From the NCBI GenBank assembly GCA_031409375.1, contig JANNXD010000139.1, forward strand, positions 27,944 to 91,943: 64,000 nucleotides of DNA. The letters run 5' to 3'. This document shows positions 1 to 11,004 of the stretch, piece after piece (the first letter of the stretch is position 1; each line of letters begins with the position of its first letter). The stretch is from Gammaproteobacteria bacterium (lineage in GTDB: Bacteria; Pseudomonadota; Gammaproteobacteria; Pseudomonadales; JANQJO01). A program made the translations under genes and the position numbers. The notes under the pieces are model-generated. The model did not search any database and was not told the origin of the DNA. It saw nothing but the letters and a program-made list of their open reading frames with translations.

Positions 1-2
1 GC

Positions 3-692
3 ACTGCCGATTATATCGCTCGTATTGACGCAGGTGATTGCTGGAAACCAGAAAAATTAGCTTGCCAAATACAATGGCTGGAAAGTCATCCAGATGTATG
101 GGTGCTCGGAACGCAATGTTTTTATATAGATGAGCAGGGCAATGAAGTGGGGCACTCTTGGTTTGCTGAAAACCATGATGCCATTTTGGACGCCATTGCC
201 AAGCATCGCGGTGTATTTGAGCATTCTTCTATTATGTTTAGGCCGTGTATTAATTACCGGCCTGAGTTTAAAATGTCGCAAGATCTGGATTTGTATTTAC
301 GAGCGATGCGCAAGGGTCGTTTGCACTGTTTGCCAGAGCCATTAACGCGTTGTGAAATTAATCGCTCTGGTTTGACTATTCAAAAGCGTTATCTGCAAAG
401 AAAATATCAGCAACTTGCTTATCGATCCTGTCGATCGCTGACGAGAACAAGTCAGGATGTTACGCTTCATGTCAGTGATGGCATTGTTGAACGCAAGTTA
501 TGGCAATTGGCGCAACCCTTTTATATTGGCTATGTGACAGCACGTACGGAAAAACGTTCGGTTGCTGTATGGTTATCTTATTTGATATTGACCCTGTTAC
601 TTTATCCGCCTTTGATGAAAGATTATTTAACCAAAGGATTGGCTACTTTTTCATTACCTGGATTTCGAAATAATGGATTATTTACCAAGTAG
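3..692 (+). CDS. Glycosyltransferase family 2 (5'-truncated by window edge)
   Basis: Frame is open from position 3 and reads TADYIARIDAGDCWKPEKLACQIQWL, the GT-A DxD region, followed by SQDLDLYLR. Confidence 0.8.
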   Translation, partial: TADYIARIDAGDCWKPEKLACQIQWLESHPDVWVLGTQCFYIDEQGNEVGHSWFAENHDAILDAIAKHRGVFEHSSIMFRPCINYRPEFKMSQDLDLYLRAMRKGRLHCLPEPLTRCEINRSGLTIQKRYLQRKYQQLAYRSCRSLTRTSQDVTLHVSDGIVERKLWQLAQPFYIGYVTARTEKRSVAVWLSYLILTLLLYPPLMKDYLTKGLATFSLPGFRNNGLFTK

Positions 693-1662
693 TGCGTTAG
701 CAAATCATGCGCAGAAATCAGTGGGCAACGGCCGACGTATTCTTGTCACCGGTGCGCTGGGCTATTTGGGAAAACGCGTTTGGCAGCGATTGTGTCAAGA
801 TGGCTGGCACCCCATCGCTATCATTCGAGCGGGAAGCGAGCAACGCGCACGCGAGCAATGCATAGCCCCTGATGACTTTCATATTCTCCCCAGTGACGCG
901 AATCAGTGGCCGGAATTTTTAACGGATTTAAAACCGGATGCCGCGATTCACCTGGCGGCAGTGAATTTACCTGGCACTTTCATACAGCAAAATTTAATGG
1001 ATATGCAGCTGACGCATATTCACTTACCACTGTGTTTATCGCAAGCAATACTGCGCACTGCTGCGATACGCAATTCTGTGGAAGAAAGCAAAAAATCACC
1101 TTGTTTATTATTGGCAGGCTCACACTGGCAGCGAGTGAATGGGCAGGAGCATTGTCCGCTCGATATCTATGCCGCTAGCAAGCAAGCTGCTGAAGAAATG
1201 TTGCATACAGTAGCCATGAATGAATCGATCAGGATTGTATCGTTACGGCTTGCGGATGTGTATGGTCCAGATGATCGCCGTAAAAAATTCCTGAATTTGT
1301 TAGTTGATGCATTGAGACAAGATCAGCTTTTACCCGCAAGCCCTGGTTTGCAAGGAATTGATTTGGTCCATGTGCAAGATGTAGTGAATGCATTTGTTTG
1401 TTCATTACACGCAAATAAACTGGGACATGGCGGTATTGCCTATTTTGGTGTAGGAAGCGGGACTTACATCAATTTGCGTCAGCTGGTAGAGCGTATTGAT
1501 AGGCTGAGTGTTCGCCCTTGTCGGATTGAGTGGGGCGCATTGCCTTATCGGGCACGCGAAGTATTGCAACCCAATCCCGGTCAGTTTCTTCCAGGTTGGA
1601 TGCCTACAGTAAGTTTAACTCAGGGCTTGCAAGAAATTTTGGCAGCAGCTGGTTTATTGTGA
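673..1662 (+). CDS. NAD-dependent epimerase/dehydratase (extended SDR, NDP-sugar modifying)
   Basis: ILVTGALGYLG Rossmann motif, YAASK catalytic motif, and LRLADVYGP. Confidence 0.85.
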   Translation: MDYLPSSALANHAQKSVGNGRRILVTGALGYLGKRVWQRLCQDGWHPIAIIRAGSEQRAREQCIAPDDFHILPSDANQWPEFLTDLKPDAAIHLAAVNLPGTFIQQNLMDMQLTHIHLPLCLSQAILRTAAIRNSVEESKKSPCLLLAGSHWQRVNGQEHCPLDIYAASKQAAEEMLHTVAMNESIRIVSLRLADVYGPDDRRKKFLNLLVDALRQDQLLPASPGLQGIDLVHVQDVVNAFVCSLHANKLGHGGIAYFGVGSGTYINLRQLVERIDRLSVRPCRIEWGALPYRAREVLQPNPGQFLPGWMPTVSLTQGLQEILAAAGLL

Positions 1663-1736
1663 ATCAAATACTGCTGAGAATCGATTTTGTTACGCATCGA
1701 TTTTTTTAAAGTCGAGAGTTAGGTCAACTAAACGCC

Positions 1737-3023
1737 ATGATGTTTAATCGATTGCTTAGAAATTTTCTCTCGGGAATAGGCGTTCGCGTATTTAATATCG
1801 CAGCTACTTTTATTGCGACGCCTTTGCTGTTATTGCATTTAGGTGATGCGGGATATGGTTTTTTTGTGTTGCTACTCGGCATTATCGGCTTTGGTGGGCT
1901 GCTTGATCTTGGTCTTACACAAAGTTTGGTTCGCAGTATGGCCAGTACACCAGAGGATCAAAGACAAACCCTGTATGCGACTGCAGCTTGGTTATTTATT
2001 GTTTTAGGTTTAATTGGTGCGGCGCTGATTTGGTTTGGTAAAGGTGTACTGCTGCACTATGTGGTGATTATGCCCGAAGGTTATCAGGCGAATATGACGG
2101 TTGCGATGGCTTGGCTTGCTGTATCACTGCCGTTTAAAATGATCACTACTTTTGCTGGCGCTATTTTACATGCGACTGAAGATATTCATGAGGCGAATAT
2201 CGCTCAGACAGGGGGTACTTTTGTGCGCTTTGCTTTGTCGGCAAGTTTAGCCGCAGTTGGTCAGCCATTGGAAAATGTTGTTATTGCTTTTCCGGCTTCT
2301 TTTATTTTTACTTTATTGGTGCAGATTATTTATTTACGTCGTCACCGCTGGTTGCACCTGTGTCAACTTAGTTGCGCACAGCGAGCGCATTTAAAACCTT
2401 TATCTGCTGATGCGTCAGGAATATTTTTGGCACAAGCATCAGGTGAGTTGGCGCTACATGCCGATAAATTTATTATCAGTTCTGTGCTCGGGGTTTCCGC
2501 GCTTGCGCCTTATAATGTCGCTTATTTAATAGCGGCAAGAGTCAGTGATATCGGCAGCTTAATTGCTTCTGTATCTTTCCCGAGGCTGGTGCGACATCTT
2601 AGTACTGGTGATCAGCATGAAATGTGGAAATTATATCGTCAAGCGATGTTATGGACATTGATGATCGGTATTTCAGGGGTGTCGGCAATTTTGATTTTTG
2701 ATCAGTGGTTTTTAAATTTATGGATTGGCAAAGAACGAGCGACCGCAGTATTGCCACTTATGTGGCCATTTTTAGCTGGCGTATTGGTCGGATTGCCCAG
2801 TTGGTTAAATGGCAATATGTTGATCACGTTTAGTCAGTCGCAACAGGTTGCGCTATCGGTGGGTATTGGTGCCATGATTTCAATTACGCTGTGTTTTTTG
2901 GGGACACAGCATATGGGTGTCATGGGTGCTGCTTGGGCGTGGACGATTGGTTATGCGGTGATAGCGATTGCTCAGATCTGTATGTTACGGCGATATAGGG
3001 TTGCGAATGAATATAGAAAATAA
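1737..3023 (+). CDS. wzx: Wzx-type oligosaccharide flippase
   Basis: Many TM segments, LGDAGYG..LLDLGL N-terminus and ADKFIIS..LG motif of MOP flippases; lies in a polysaccharide operon. Confidence 0.8.
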   Translation: MMFNRLLRNFLSGIGVRVFNIAATFIATPLLLLHLGDAGYGFFVLLLGIIGFGGLLDLGLTQSLVRSMASTPEDQRQTLYATAAWLFIVLGLIGAALIWFGKGVLLHYVVIMPEGYQANMTVAMAWLAVSLPFKMITTFAGAILHATEDIHEANIAQTGGTFVRFALSASLAAVGQPLENVVIAFPASFIFTLLVQIIYLRRHRWLHLCQLSCAQRAHLKPLSADASGIFLAQASGELALHADKFIISSVLGVSALAPYNVAYLIAARVSDIGSLIASVSFPRLVRHLSTGDQHEMWKLYRQAMLWTLMIGISGVSAILIFDQWFLNLWIGKERATAVLPLMWPFLAGVLVGLPSWLNGNMLITFSQSQQVALSVGIGAMISITLCFLGTQHMGVMGAAWAWTIGYAVIAIAQICMLRRYRVANEYRK

Positions 3024-4257
3024 AAGTCGAGCGATGGGTGAGCCATTGATTAGTATTGTGATTCCCACGCTCAATAGAAGTAATCTTGTCCTTAAAGCAC
3101 TTGATTCAGCTATTCATCAACAATATGCCGACCTGATTGAGATTATTGTTGTTGATAACGCATCAACGGATGACACATGGGTGATGTTGCAGCAACAAAC
3201 TTCATTCAATGTAAGATTAATCCGTAACTCAAAAAAATTAAATATTTGTGAAAATTGGCAAAGTGCATTTGACGTTTCGACTGGCCAGTATGTTTTGATT
3301 TTAGGGGACGATGATTATCTTTTCCCCCACTGGGCAAATCATGTGATTGATGTCATCCAAAAAAATGAGCAGCCAAGTTTTATTGCTTGGAATCACATTA
3401 CCTATATTGAAAGCAATCCGATTTCTGGTTGGCGTAATTTATTGGTTGCATCGAGAGCATTTAGTTTAAAAAATACGTGCATCGATGGCGACCATTTAAG
3501 AAATGCTTATCTGCGCTTGCCAAGTAAGGAGCCCTTTCCAGTTTCTCCGCATCCCAGCCTTTTTTTGTTTAACCGCCAGCAAGTCGAGAGGGTGACCCGG
3601 AAATTTAATACGAAGTGGTTTGAAGGGCTTTATCCTGATTATCATGCAGCTGTTTTAGCCGGGGAGTTTGACAAGCAGGGTGTATTTGTGGACCGGCCGC
3701 TGGCCTGCATAGGCGGCGTTGAAGCTCGTTATTATTGTCGTACCCAATCGAAAATGGAAAGCTTTATCAGCAATAATGCGCATGTATTACTGCAAGACCT
3801 TGGTGATGGTTTTGGTTTATGGAGTCCTTATTTGGCAATGAATATTGCCAGGCAATTGATTTATTCCTGTCAAAAAATTAACTATGCGCTCGATCAGGAT
3901 GTTTTACTGGATCAGTTAATTGGCGAAACAGTAGAAAATATTTGGTTTTGTGATTGTGTCTTTGGTAAAGGCAGCCACCTTCCCGATCTTACCTTGCTAG
4001 AAAAGAAGTTTGGTAAAACGCGTATTGATGCGCTGCTTAATGGCGCGAAAAACAAAACGCGCCACGCTAAAATTAACAAATTTATTAATCAAATCTTTGG
4101 ACAACAACTTAATATCCTAGTGCGTGATTTATTGGGGTGCAAATTAAAATATGCGGCTGGTCAACCTCTACATGGAATTAATAATGCCGTTGCATTTTAT
4201 TTACAGCATTGCGAGAGAGAATATGGCGAGAGTGCATTATGCAAAAAAATACTTTAG
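3007..4257 (+). CDS. Glycosyltransferase family 2
   Basis: ISIVIPTLNR, EIIVVDNASTD and LILGDDD motifs. Confidence 0.88.
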   Translation: MNIENKSRAMGEPLISIVIPTLNRSNLVLKALDSAIHQQYADLIEIIVVDNASTDDTWVMLQQQTSFNVRLIRNSKKLNICENWQSAFDVSTGQYVLILGDDDYLFPHWANHVIDVIQKNEQPSFIAWNHITYIESNPISGWRNLLVASRAFSLKNTCIDGDHLRNAYLRLPSKEPFPVSPHPSLFLFNRQQVERVTRKFNTKWFEGLYPDYHAAVLAGEFDKQGVFVDRPLACIGGVEARYYCRTQSKMESFISNNAHVLLQDLGDGFGLWSPYLAMNIARQLIYSCQKINYALDQDVLLDQLIGETVENIWFCDCVFGKGSHLPDLTLLEKKFGKTRIDALLNGAKNKTRHAKINKFINQIFGQQLNILVRDLLGCKLKYAAGQPLHGINNAVAFYLQHCEREYGESALCKKIL

Positions 4258-5357
4258 CGCTTTTCGTTCCCAACTGTAATACCGGTGGCACTGAGCGTGT
4301 TTGTCAGCGTATTGCGAATTATTTAACTGATATAGGTCATTCGGTATTAGTGATTAGCATGGCGGCCAATCCTTTTCCTTATCCCATTCAATGCGCCTAT
4401 TACACATTGGATGTAAATTTGCCTGCAGTTCGTTTGGCGCGCTGGTTTCATCGTCGTAGAAGATTAAAAGAAATTTTGGATAATCATTCGGTGAGTGCAA
4501 TCTTAAGCATGGGTGAATATCCCAATGTTTTGGTTGCCAGTCTCCCTGCGCGTTTTAGAAGGGTCAATCGTTATACCAATTCATCTGTGTCATTGGTAGG
4601 GTTACAAGGTTGGGTTATGCGTTTAGCACTACGCTGGGCATTCACGAAATCAGATGCCACCATCGTGCCTGTGATGCGTTTAGCCGCTGAACTTGGTCTA
4701 CCTAACCATTCAAAAAAAATTACCGAAATGCCGAATCCTTTAGATCTTGCAGAAATTCGACAGCAATCTTTACAACAACCTCAAACGTTATCTGCGCAGC
4801 ATTGGATGTTAGTCAAAAGCGGTCAATATTTTTTGCATGTCGGACAGCTGGTTGAGCAAAAAGACCACCTCACTTTATTAAAAACATTCGCGCGCTACAG
4901 AGCCGAAGACGGTCAATTACAGTTGGTCTTGTTAGGGCAGGGTCATCTTGAACAAGAAATTTTATCTTGGATAGACAAAATGCAATTATCCAATGCAGTG
5001 ATTTTTTTAGGCTGGGTAGAAAATCCATTATTTTTTATGGCACAAGCTCGAGCACTGATTATGACGTCAAAATGGGAAGGCACACCGAACGCCATGATCG
5101 AAGCCATGGCATTAGGCTGTCCAATTATTAGCACCGATTGCCCTACAGGGCCTAGAGAAATATTGCTGGCGGGACAATCCGGTAGGCTGGTGCCACTCGA
5201 TGATAGCGATGCACTGGTCGCTGAACTGAAACGCATTGATCGTGATGATACTTGGCGTGCGCAGTGGAGCATCGCAGCGAGTGAGCGTGCTGATTTTTAT
5301 TCAATATTGCGAGTAGGTCCATTACTGAATCGCGTTATGAATGGTTCAAAAATATGA
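4239..5357 (+). CDS. Glycosyltransferase family 4 (GT-B)
   Basis: GGTERV, VGQLVEQKDH and SKWEGTPNAMIEAMALGCPIIS motifs. Confidence 0.9.
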   Translation: MQKNTLALFVPNCNTGGTERVCQRIANYLTDIGHSVLVISMAANPFPYPIQCAYYTLDVNLPAVRLARWFHRRRRLKEILDNHSVSAILSMGEYPNVLVASLPARFRRVNRYTNSSVSLVGLQGWVMRLALRWAFTKSDATIVPVMRLAAELGLPNHSKKITEMPNPLDLAEIRQQSLQQPQTLSAQHWMLVKSGQYFLHVGQLVEQKDHLTLLKTFARYRAEDGQLQLVLLGQGHLEQEILSWIDKMQLSNAVIFLGWVENPLFFMAQARALIMTSKWEGTPNAMIEAMALGCPIISTDCPTGPREILLAGQSGRLVPLDDSDALVAELKRIDRDDTWRAQWSIAASERADFYSILRVGPLLNRVMNGSKI

Positions 5358-6280
5358 AAATAATTACCAATTGTCCTCAATGCCAAGCTAGTAAACTCAA
5401 TTATTTATATTCAAAAAAAATTGATCAACATTTTTATGAATGGCGAGATGTTTTAGAACTAAATAGTTTGTCAGTATTCGAATTTAAGATATTCAATTGT
5501 CAACAATGTGGGCTAACCTTTCGGGATGCTCGATTTACTTCTGAAGAGCTGTCGCTGTTATATGGTGGAAATCAATCGCCCAATAAAAAAGTCGTTGATC
5601 GTCAAAATTTCTGGGGAAGAAGCAGGGAACTCGATGATTTTTTCCTAAAAAATATGGGCATTAAAATCGAAAAATTGAAGATTTTAGATGTTGGCGGTGG
5701 AAGCGGGGAGCTTTGTGATTGGTTTGCCGAAGTGCGAGGCTGTGAATGTGATGTATTTGAATTTGATTGTGTTCCCGCTCAGATTAAGATACGAGTTAAT
5801 CTCATTGGCGAATTGCCGGCCGATAAACCCTATGATTTGATTATGTTAAATCATGTACTCGAGCATGTTAATGAACCGGTTCCTTTCTTATCTCAATTTA
5901 GTAAGTGTGCTGATGCCAATACTTTGTTCTATTTAGAAGTACCTTATGAGCTGTTTCATTATCACTTACTAAAAACGATGGGTCATTACGAGCACATTAA
6001 TTATTTTGGTGAGACCTCCGTTATTAATTTGATTAGACTTGCCAACCTTAATCCACTTTTTATTTCTTTGAAAATGGGTTTTGGTAATTCAATACCCGTT
6101 GTATGCGCAATATTTAAACGTGATACGAACAACCATGATGCGATCAACGCAGCGGAAGTAAGTTTTATGGAATTTAACGTTTTCAGGGAAGTATTTAATA
6201 TCAAGGTATTTTGGTTGATGCTTTTTTCGAAAATGAAAATAAAAATGGGTTTCGTTGATAAAAGTCATCGACTTGGTTGA
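5354..6280 (+). CDS. Class I SAM-dependent methyltransferase with N-terminal CxxC pairs
   Basis: CPQC..CQQCG, ILDVGGGSG and YDLIMLNHVLEHV motifs. Confidence 0.85.
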   Translation: MKIITNCPQCQASKLNYLYSKKIDQHFYEWRDVLELNSLSVFEFKIFNCQQCGLTFRDARFTSEELSLLYGGNQSPNKKVVDRQNFWGRSRELDDFFLKNMGIKIEKLKILDVGGGSGELCDWFAEVRGCECDVFEFDCVPAQIKIRVNLIGELPADKPYDLIMLNHVLEHVNEPVPFLSQFSKCADANTLFYLEVPYELFHYHLLKTMGHYEHINYFGETSVINLIRLANLNPLFISLKMGFGNSIPVVCAIFKRDTNNHDAINAAEVSFMEFNVFREVFNIKVFWLMLFSKMKIKMGFVDKSHRLG

Positions 6281-6317
6281 AATAACTATTGCATCAAAAA
6301 AACAGTGAGAATTTTTA

Positions 6318-8222
6318 ATGTGTAGAATAGCGGGTGCTTTATCACTAACCGATAAGCCGGTACAAGAAAAAGATGTTGTTGCCATGCGTGACACAATGAT
6401 TCCCGGTGGGCCAGATGATGCTGGCGTTTGGTTGGGTGCACAGCATCGAATCGGACTCGGCCACCGCCGATTATCCATTCTTGATCTTTCGAGTGCAGGC
6501 CATCAACCCATGCTGAGTGCAGATGGGCGATATATTATTTGCTATAACGGTGAAATATACAATTTTCGACAGATCCGTGCGGAGTTTGAAGCGACGGGTC
6601 TGCGTTTTAAATCGGATTGTGATACCGAGGTTTTGCTGCATGTTTTTTCTGTCGAGGGATTAAATGGTTTAAATCGTTTCCATGGTATGTGGGCATTTGC
6701 CGTCTGGGACAATCAAGAACAGATACTCACACTTGCTCGTGATCGTATTGGTGTCAAGCCTTTGTACTACGCTGTGCAAAATGGCTTATTTTTATTTTCC
6801 AGTGAACTCAAAGGTATTATGGCGCACCCGCAATTTGTACGACGAGTAGATAATACGGCATTGCAACTATTCCTTGAATACAGTTATGTGCCGCATCCCT
6901 ATTCGATTTTAGAGGATGCTCATAAATTGGGTCCAGGACAGTGGTTGAAAATTAATACAACTGGTCGAATTGAGTTGGGTACTTGGTGGAGTGCTACTCA
7001 CAATTTGGTAACCGATTTTAATTGGTCTGATCAAGCCCAGGTTGAGCTTGAACTCGAAAATCGCATGATGCGCTCTTTTGAACGACGTATGGTTGCCGAT
7101 GTTCCGGTCGGGGTGTTTTTATCTGGGGGCATCGATAGCAGTCTGTTGTTGGCGTTATTACGAGAACGTCTTGGTAAAAACATCAAAACATTCACGATTG
7201 GTTTTGAAGAAGACGAATTTAACGAAGCGCATCATGCGCAAAAAGTTGCACAGGCTTTGGGCGCAGATCATCACGAACTTTATCTTCGCCCAGATCGTGG
7301 GCTGGAGATTATTGATCGACTTCCGCAAATCTGGGATGAACCCTTCGGTGATAACAGCGCAATTGCGACTTACTTGGTGTCAGAATTTGCGGTCAAGCAT
7401 GTCAAAGTTGCTTTATCTGCCGATGGTGGTGATGAGCTTTTTTGTGGTTATCCAAAATATTGGCTGACTATGCAACGAGTCGCGGCTATGCGCCGTCATT
7501 CGTTATTGTGTAAGGGAATTTCTAGCATGCCGCCCTTTTTGTTGGAAGCAATTGGACGATGGCGAACCGGTAATAAGCTTTTAAAAATTCAAGATCTTAC
7601 TCGTGCAACCGGTGGTGCTTTAGAGCGAAATGCTTTTGCTTATGGCCAACATGTTTATAGTCACTATCAGTTAGAACGACTTATTGGTAAAACCCAGCAT
7701 ACCAATGGCTTGCCACAAATGTCGCAGTGGGAATGTGTTTCAGCAAAAGATCCGCTGGCAAAAATGCTGGCGATCGATTTGATGAGTTATCATGCAGACG
7801 ATATTCATGTGAAAGTCGATCGCGCTTCCATGGCTAATGCTTTAGAAGCACGCGAGCCATTTCTTGATCACGAAATTGTAGAGTTCGCACTCGGTATGCC
7901 GACAGCCATGAAGTTGCCGGGCGGTGATCCTACCAAGAGCAAACAGATATTACGGACCATTCTTTATAAGTACGTGGATAAGAAATTGATCGAAAGACCC
8001 AAAATGGGATTTGGCGTGCCGTTGGATCGTTGGTTAAATCACGAACTTAAAAGTCTTGTTGATTTCTCATTGAATGCTAAAAGGCTAGAATTAGAAGGAT
8101 TGTTTAATAGTCAATATGTAGAAGCGATTCGAGCTTCTTTTCATAAAAATCCCAAGCAAGAGCTAAGTAAAATTTGGAATCTCATCGTTTTTCAAATGTG
8201 GCGTGCTAAATGGTTGAGCTGA
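6318..8222 (+). CDS. asnB: Asparagine synthase (glutamine-hydrolysing)-like amidotransferase
   Basis: N-terminal Cys2 Ntn nucleophile, LGHRRLSILD, NGEIYNF, FLSGGIDSS, SADGGDELF and RPKMGFGVP. Context suggests glycan amidation. Confidence 0.92.
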   Translation: MCRIAGALSLTDKPVQEKDVVAMRDTMIPGGPDDAGVWLGAQHRIGLGHRRLSILDLSSAGHQPMLSADGRYIICYNGEIYNFRQIRAEFEATGLRFKSDCDTEVLLHVFSVEGLNGLNRFHGMWAFAVWDNQEQILTLARDRIGVKPLYYAVQNGLFLFSSELKGIMAHPQFVRRVDNTALQLFLEYSYVPHPYSILEDAHKLGPGQWLKINTTGRIELGTWWSATHNLVTDFNWSDQAQVELELENRMMRSFERRMVADVPVGVFLSGGIDSSLLLALLRERLGKNIKTFTIGFEEDEFNEAHHAQKVAQALGADHHELYLRPDRGLEIIDRLPQIWDEPFGDNSAIATYLVSEFAVKHVKVALSADGGDELFCGYPKYWLTMQRVAAMRRHSLLCKGISSMPPFLLEAIGRWRTGNKLLKIQDLTRATGGALERNAFAYGQHVYSHYQLERLIGKTQHTNGLPQMSQWECVSAKDPLAKMLAIDLMSYHADDIHVKVDRASMANALEAREPFLDHEIVEFALGMPTAMKLPGGDPTKSKQILRTILYKYVDKKLIERPKMGFGVPLDRWLNHELKSLVDFSLNAKRLELEGLFNSQYVEAIRASFHKNPKQELSKIWNLIVFQMWRAKWLS

Positions 8223-9307
8223 AAGACAAAAAAAAAGTATTGGTGCTTGCAGATTTTTTATTTCCTGAATACATCGGTGGATCTGCTCGGTTAGCTGCTG
8301 AACTAAACGAGCAGCTAGACGTTAGTGGATTTGACGTGACCTGTATCTGTCGAAAACCAAAAGGCGTATATGCGTCACAATTATCATTTAAAAGATCCTA
8401 TCGCATCGTTTATTGTGATCAATTATTTGCGATTTTTCGTGTGTTATTCATGGAGAAATGGGATTTTGTTCTTGCGCATCATTTTTCTCTAGGATTATTT
8501 TCTTTACTGCTGAAACCAAAATATTTTTCGGGTTATTTTTTTCATGGACCAGTGCATCTTGAAAGAATGGCAAGAGGTGGTGGATCGGTAGGTGCTGTTG
8601 TCAGACGTTGGTTGGAAGAAATTGCATTAAGCCGTGCGGATAGAATTTTTTGTTTGTCAGATTTTATGAGCGAACAAGTGTCTAAATCGCATAAAAATAA
8701 AATAACCATAACTGGGCCTTTGCATAACAAAATTGTTCCATCTGATCTAAATAATAAGGCTGTTAATTTTTCCTTTCTAAAATGTTTGACTGTTCGCAGA
8801 TTGACGCCGCGAACAGGTGTATTAGAACTTGCTGAAACGTTGGCGCAGCTACCCACTCAAATTGAGTTAACGGTGGTTGGTAGTGGTGAACTACTCGACG
8901 TATTGCAAGGCCGCAATTATCCGAATATTAAAATTGTTGGTCAGATTGATGATCATGGTTTAAATGAGCTTTATCAAACATCAGATCTTGTGGTGTTGCC
9001 GTCAAGAGAATTAGAAGGATTCGGTCTTATTATTATCGAAGCGTTGCTCAATGGAACGCCAGTGATTGCTTCTGATAAAGCAGGGGGAGGAACACAATTT
9101 TTAAAGCAATTTTCCGAAGACTTTGTTTACTCTTTAAGTTCAGATCCCGAACAAACGCTGAGCGCGTTTAAAAGAGCTATTTATGCGTATAACAATGAGA
9201 ATACGCGTGCAAATTTTATCGAATCGATTTCTCATGCAACTATGAAAAGCTTCGTAGATCTAGTATTTGATACTTCTACGAGTAACGCAGCTGGCATTTC
9301 CAAATGA
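8210..9307 (+). CDS. Glycosyltransferase family 4
   Basis: GGSAR and VLPSRELEGFGLIIIEALLNGTPVIAS motifs. Confidence 0.88.
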   Translation: MVELKDKKKVLVLADFLFPEYIGGSARLAAELNEQLDVSGFDVTCICRKPKGVYASQLSFKRSYRIVYCDQLFAIFRVLFMEKWDFVLAHHFSLGLFSLLLKPKYFSGYFFHGPVHLERMARGGGSVGAVVRRWLEEIALSRADRIFCLSDFMSEQVSKSHKNKITITGPLHNKIVPSDLNNKAVNFSFLKCLTVRRLTPRTGVLELAETLAQLPTQIELTVVGSGELLDVLQGRNYPNIKIVGQIDDHGLNELYQTSDLVVLPSRELEGFGLIIIEALLNGTPVIASDKAGGGTQFLKQFSEDFVYSLSSDPEQTLSAFKRAIYAYNNENTRANFIESISHATMKSFVDLVFDTSTSNAAGISK

Positions 9308-10488
9308 ACGCATTTTTTTATCTTGCGCCACTCTGCATCATTTTTTTTCTGCGACTGTCTTGTAAAACCACCAATTGGCAAGGCGTTGTCTTACTTGGTT
9401 TTATCGCAAAATTATTTTTCGCCTATTTAATGACTTACTTAGTTATTACTGTGTATGGTTATGGTGACCTGCCAACTTATTTTGTTTTTGCAAAACAATT
9501 GTCACTGGATAAAAATGTTGAATGGTTATCTTTGCTTTCAAGTGGCTATTTGATCGCATTATTGAATAGTTTTATTTTTAGCGTTCTGCCACCTTCAATA
9601 TATGGATTAGCAGCTTTAACGGGGCTTGGCTCTTTCGCTTATAGTTATTTATTAATTAAAGCATTTCGGCCTTTGCTCAATGATCGTTGGTTATGGATAG
9701 CAACTGTATTAATTTTATTTTTGCCGGTATTGGGGACTCAATCGGGCTATATCGGTAAAGAAACCTACATTCTTCCTGTGTTGGGTTATATTTTTTTCTC
9801 GCTCGCTAAATTTCAGAGACCCACTGTTTTAGTTGGATTTGCAGTTTTTTTTATTGGTTTGATTCGACCCTACCAGGGTATTACGCTTATTGCGAGTATA
9901 GCGCTGGCAGCAATAATTAGTTCTGATAGCAAACAACGGTTGCGCATGTATGTTCTGGGCTTAATGCTGTTGTTAGTTGGCGCGGCCCTTTTTGGTGGTT
10001 ATCTATCTGATAATTTGCAAGTAGTTATGGAATTGGGTGCCACTGAGTTTTTATCGACGGCCTATAGTGGGGGGAATTTGATGTTGCCACCGTATCCTCA
10101 GCCATTAACCATTTTACAAAATTTTCGACCTTTTTCTTGGGAAGCGCACAATGCAATGGCATTGGTGGCATCGTTTGAAAATTTGATTGTTTTGTATTTT
10201 TTTTTCCGATGTGGTGCTGTTTTTATGCGAAATATAAAAATGAGGGAGATAAGGGCACTAATTTTTGACTCGTATCTACTGACTTTTTCATTTGCTTATA
10301 TCGTGATTAACCTCATTATTTTTTCCTATAACAGTAATGTCGGTGATTTGGCTAGAAGGCATATTTATTATTATCCACATATTATTTTGTTTGGGGCTTT
10401 AATAATGAGTCAACAAAGTAAGAGCAAAGTTGAATCTGAATATAGAGAGACATGCCAAAACCAGCTTTTCATGATAAAGATTGAATGA
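9304..10488 (+). CDS. Polytopic membrane protein, probable Wzy-like polymerase
   Basis: About 10 hydrophobic segments; last gene of the Wzx operon. Confidence 0.55.
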   Translation: MNAFFYLAPLCIIFFLRLSCKTTNWQGVVLLGFIAKLFFAYLMTYLVITVYGYGDLPTYFVFAKQLSLDKNVEWLSLLSSGYLIALLNSFIFSVLPPSIYGLAALTGLGSFAYSYLLIKAFRPLLNDRWLWIATVLILFLPVLGTQSGYIGKETYILPVLGYIFFSLAKFQRPTVLVGFAVFFIGLIRPYQGITLIASIALAAIISSDSKQRLRMYVLGLMLLLVGAALFGGYLSDNLQVVMELGATEFLSTAYSGGNLMLPPYPQPLTILQNFRPFSWEAHNAMALVASFENLIVLYFFFRCGAVFMRNIKMREIRALIFDSYLLTFSFAYIVINLIIFSYNSNVGDLARRHIYYYPHIILFGALIMSQQSKSKVESEYRETCQNQLFMIKIE

Positions 10489-10649
10489 TGTTAACGCCTG
10501 ACGAAACTTCATTAGCATTTGCGGTATGAATTCGCGTGAAGGTTATGATTGGCTCGTCTTTCGCCAATAACTGCAGAATCACTTTAACCTTTGAAAGGTT
10601 TTTTATGATTGATACCGATTGGTCGGCTTTTCGAGATTGAGGAAAATAA

Positions 10650-11004
10650 TCAACTATCCATCATCAAAGCTGACGCCTGACACGTAGTATCCGTCGGCTT
10701 GAGTGTGTCATCCACATAAACCGTCATGGTTTTTTTAGCTGCCCAAGCCGCTAATAGAGTGGATACCAATAAATCTTCTGATCGTGGAATATCAAAAGCG
10801 GTCTGATTGCAGTCGGTATTGCCCCAAAAAGCAGGGGTTACATACACTCGTAAAAAGTTTTGCGTAAATGGCGATGCAGGGCGCTTGCTGGTAATTGGGT
10901 GAATTTTTTCAATTTTAACTTCGCGAGAAACTTCTGCTTATGGTATTCATGTGCGTAAAGGCGATGCACAGTAATGTAAAACGGAAGGCTAATGATCGGC
11001 TCAT
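10650..11004 (-). pseudogene. Small secreted protein, AB5 B-subunit-like, with a frameshift after the signal peptide
   Basis: AGAGG RBS, then MSRSLAFRFTLLCIAFTHMNTI. The frame shifts near 10938 into AEVSREVKIEKIHPI...DC...VSTLLAAWAAKKTMTVYVD...C. Could be a sequencing error. Confidence 0.6.

Noticed and set aside
1-10488. Polysaccharide operon as a novel system
   Set aside because: Gene content (GTs, wzx, wzy-like, asnB-like, methyltransferase) is typical, and the glycan structure cannot be inferred from sequence.
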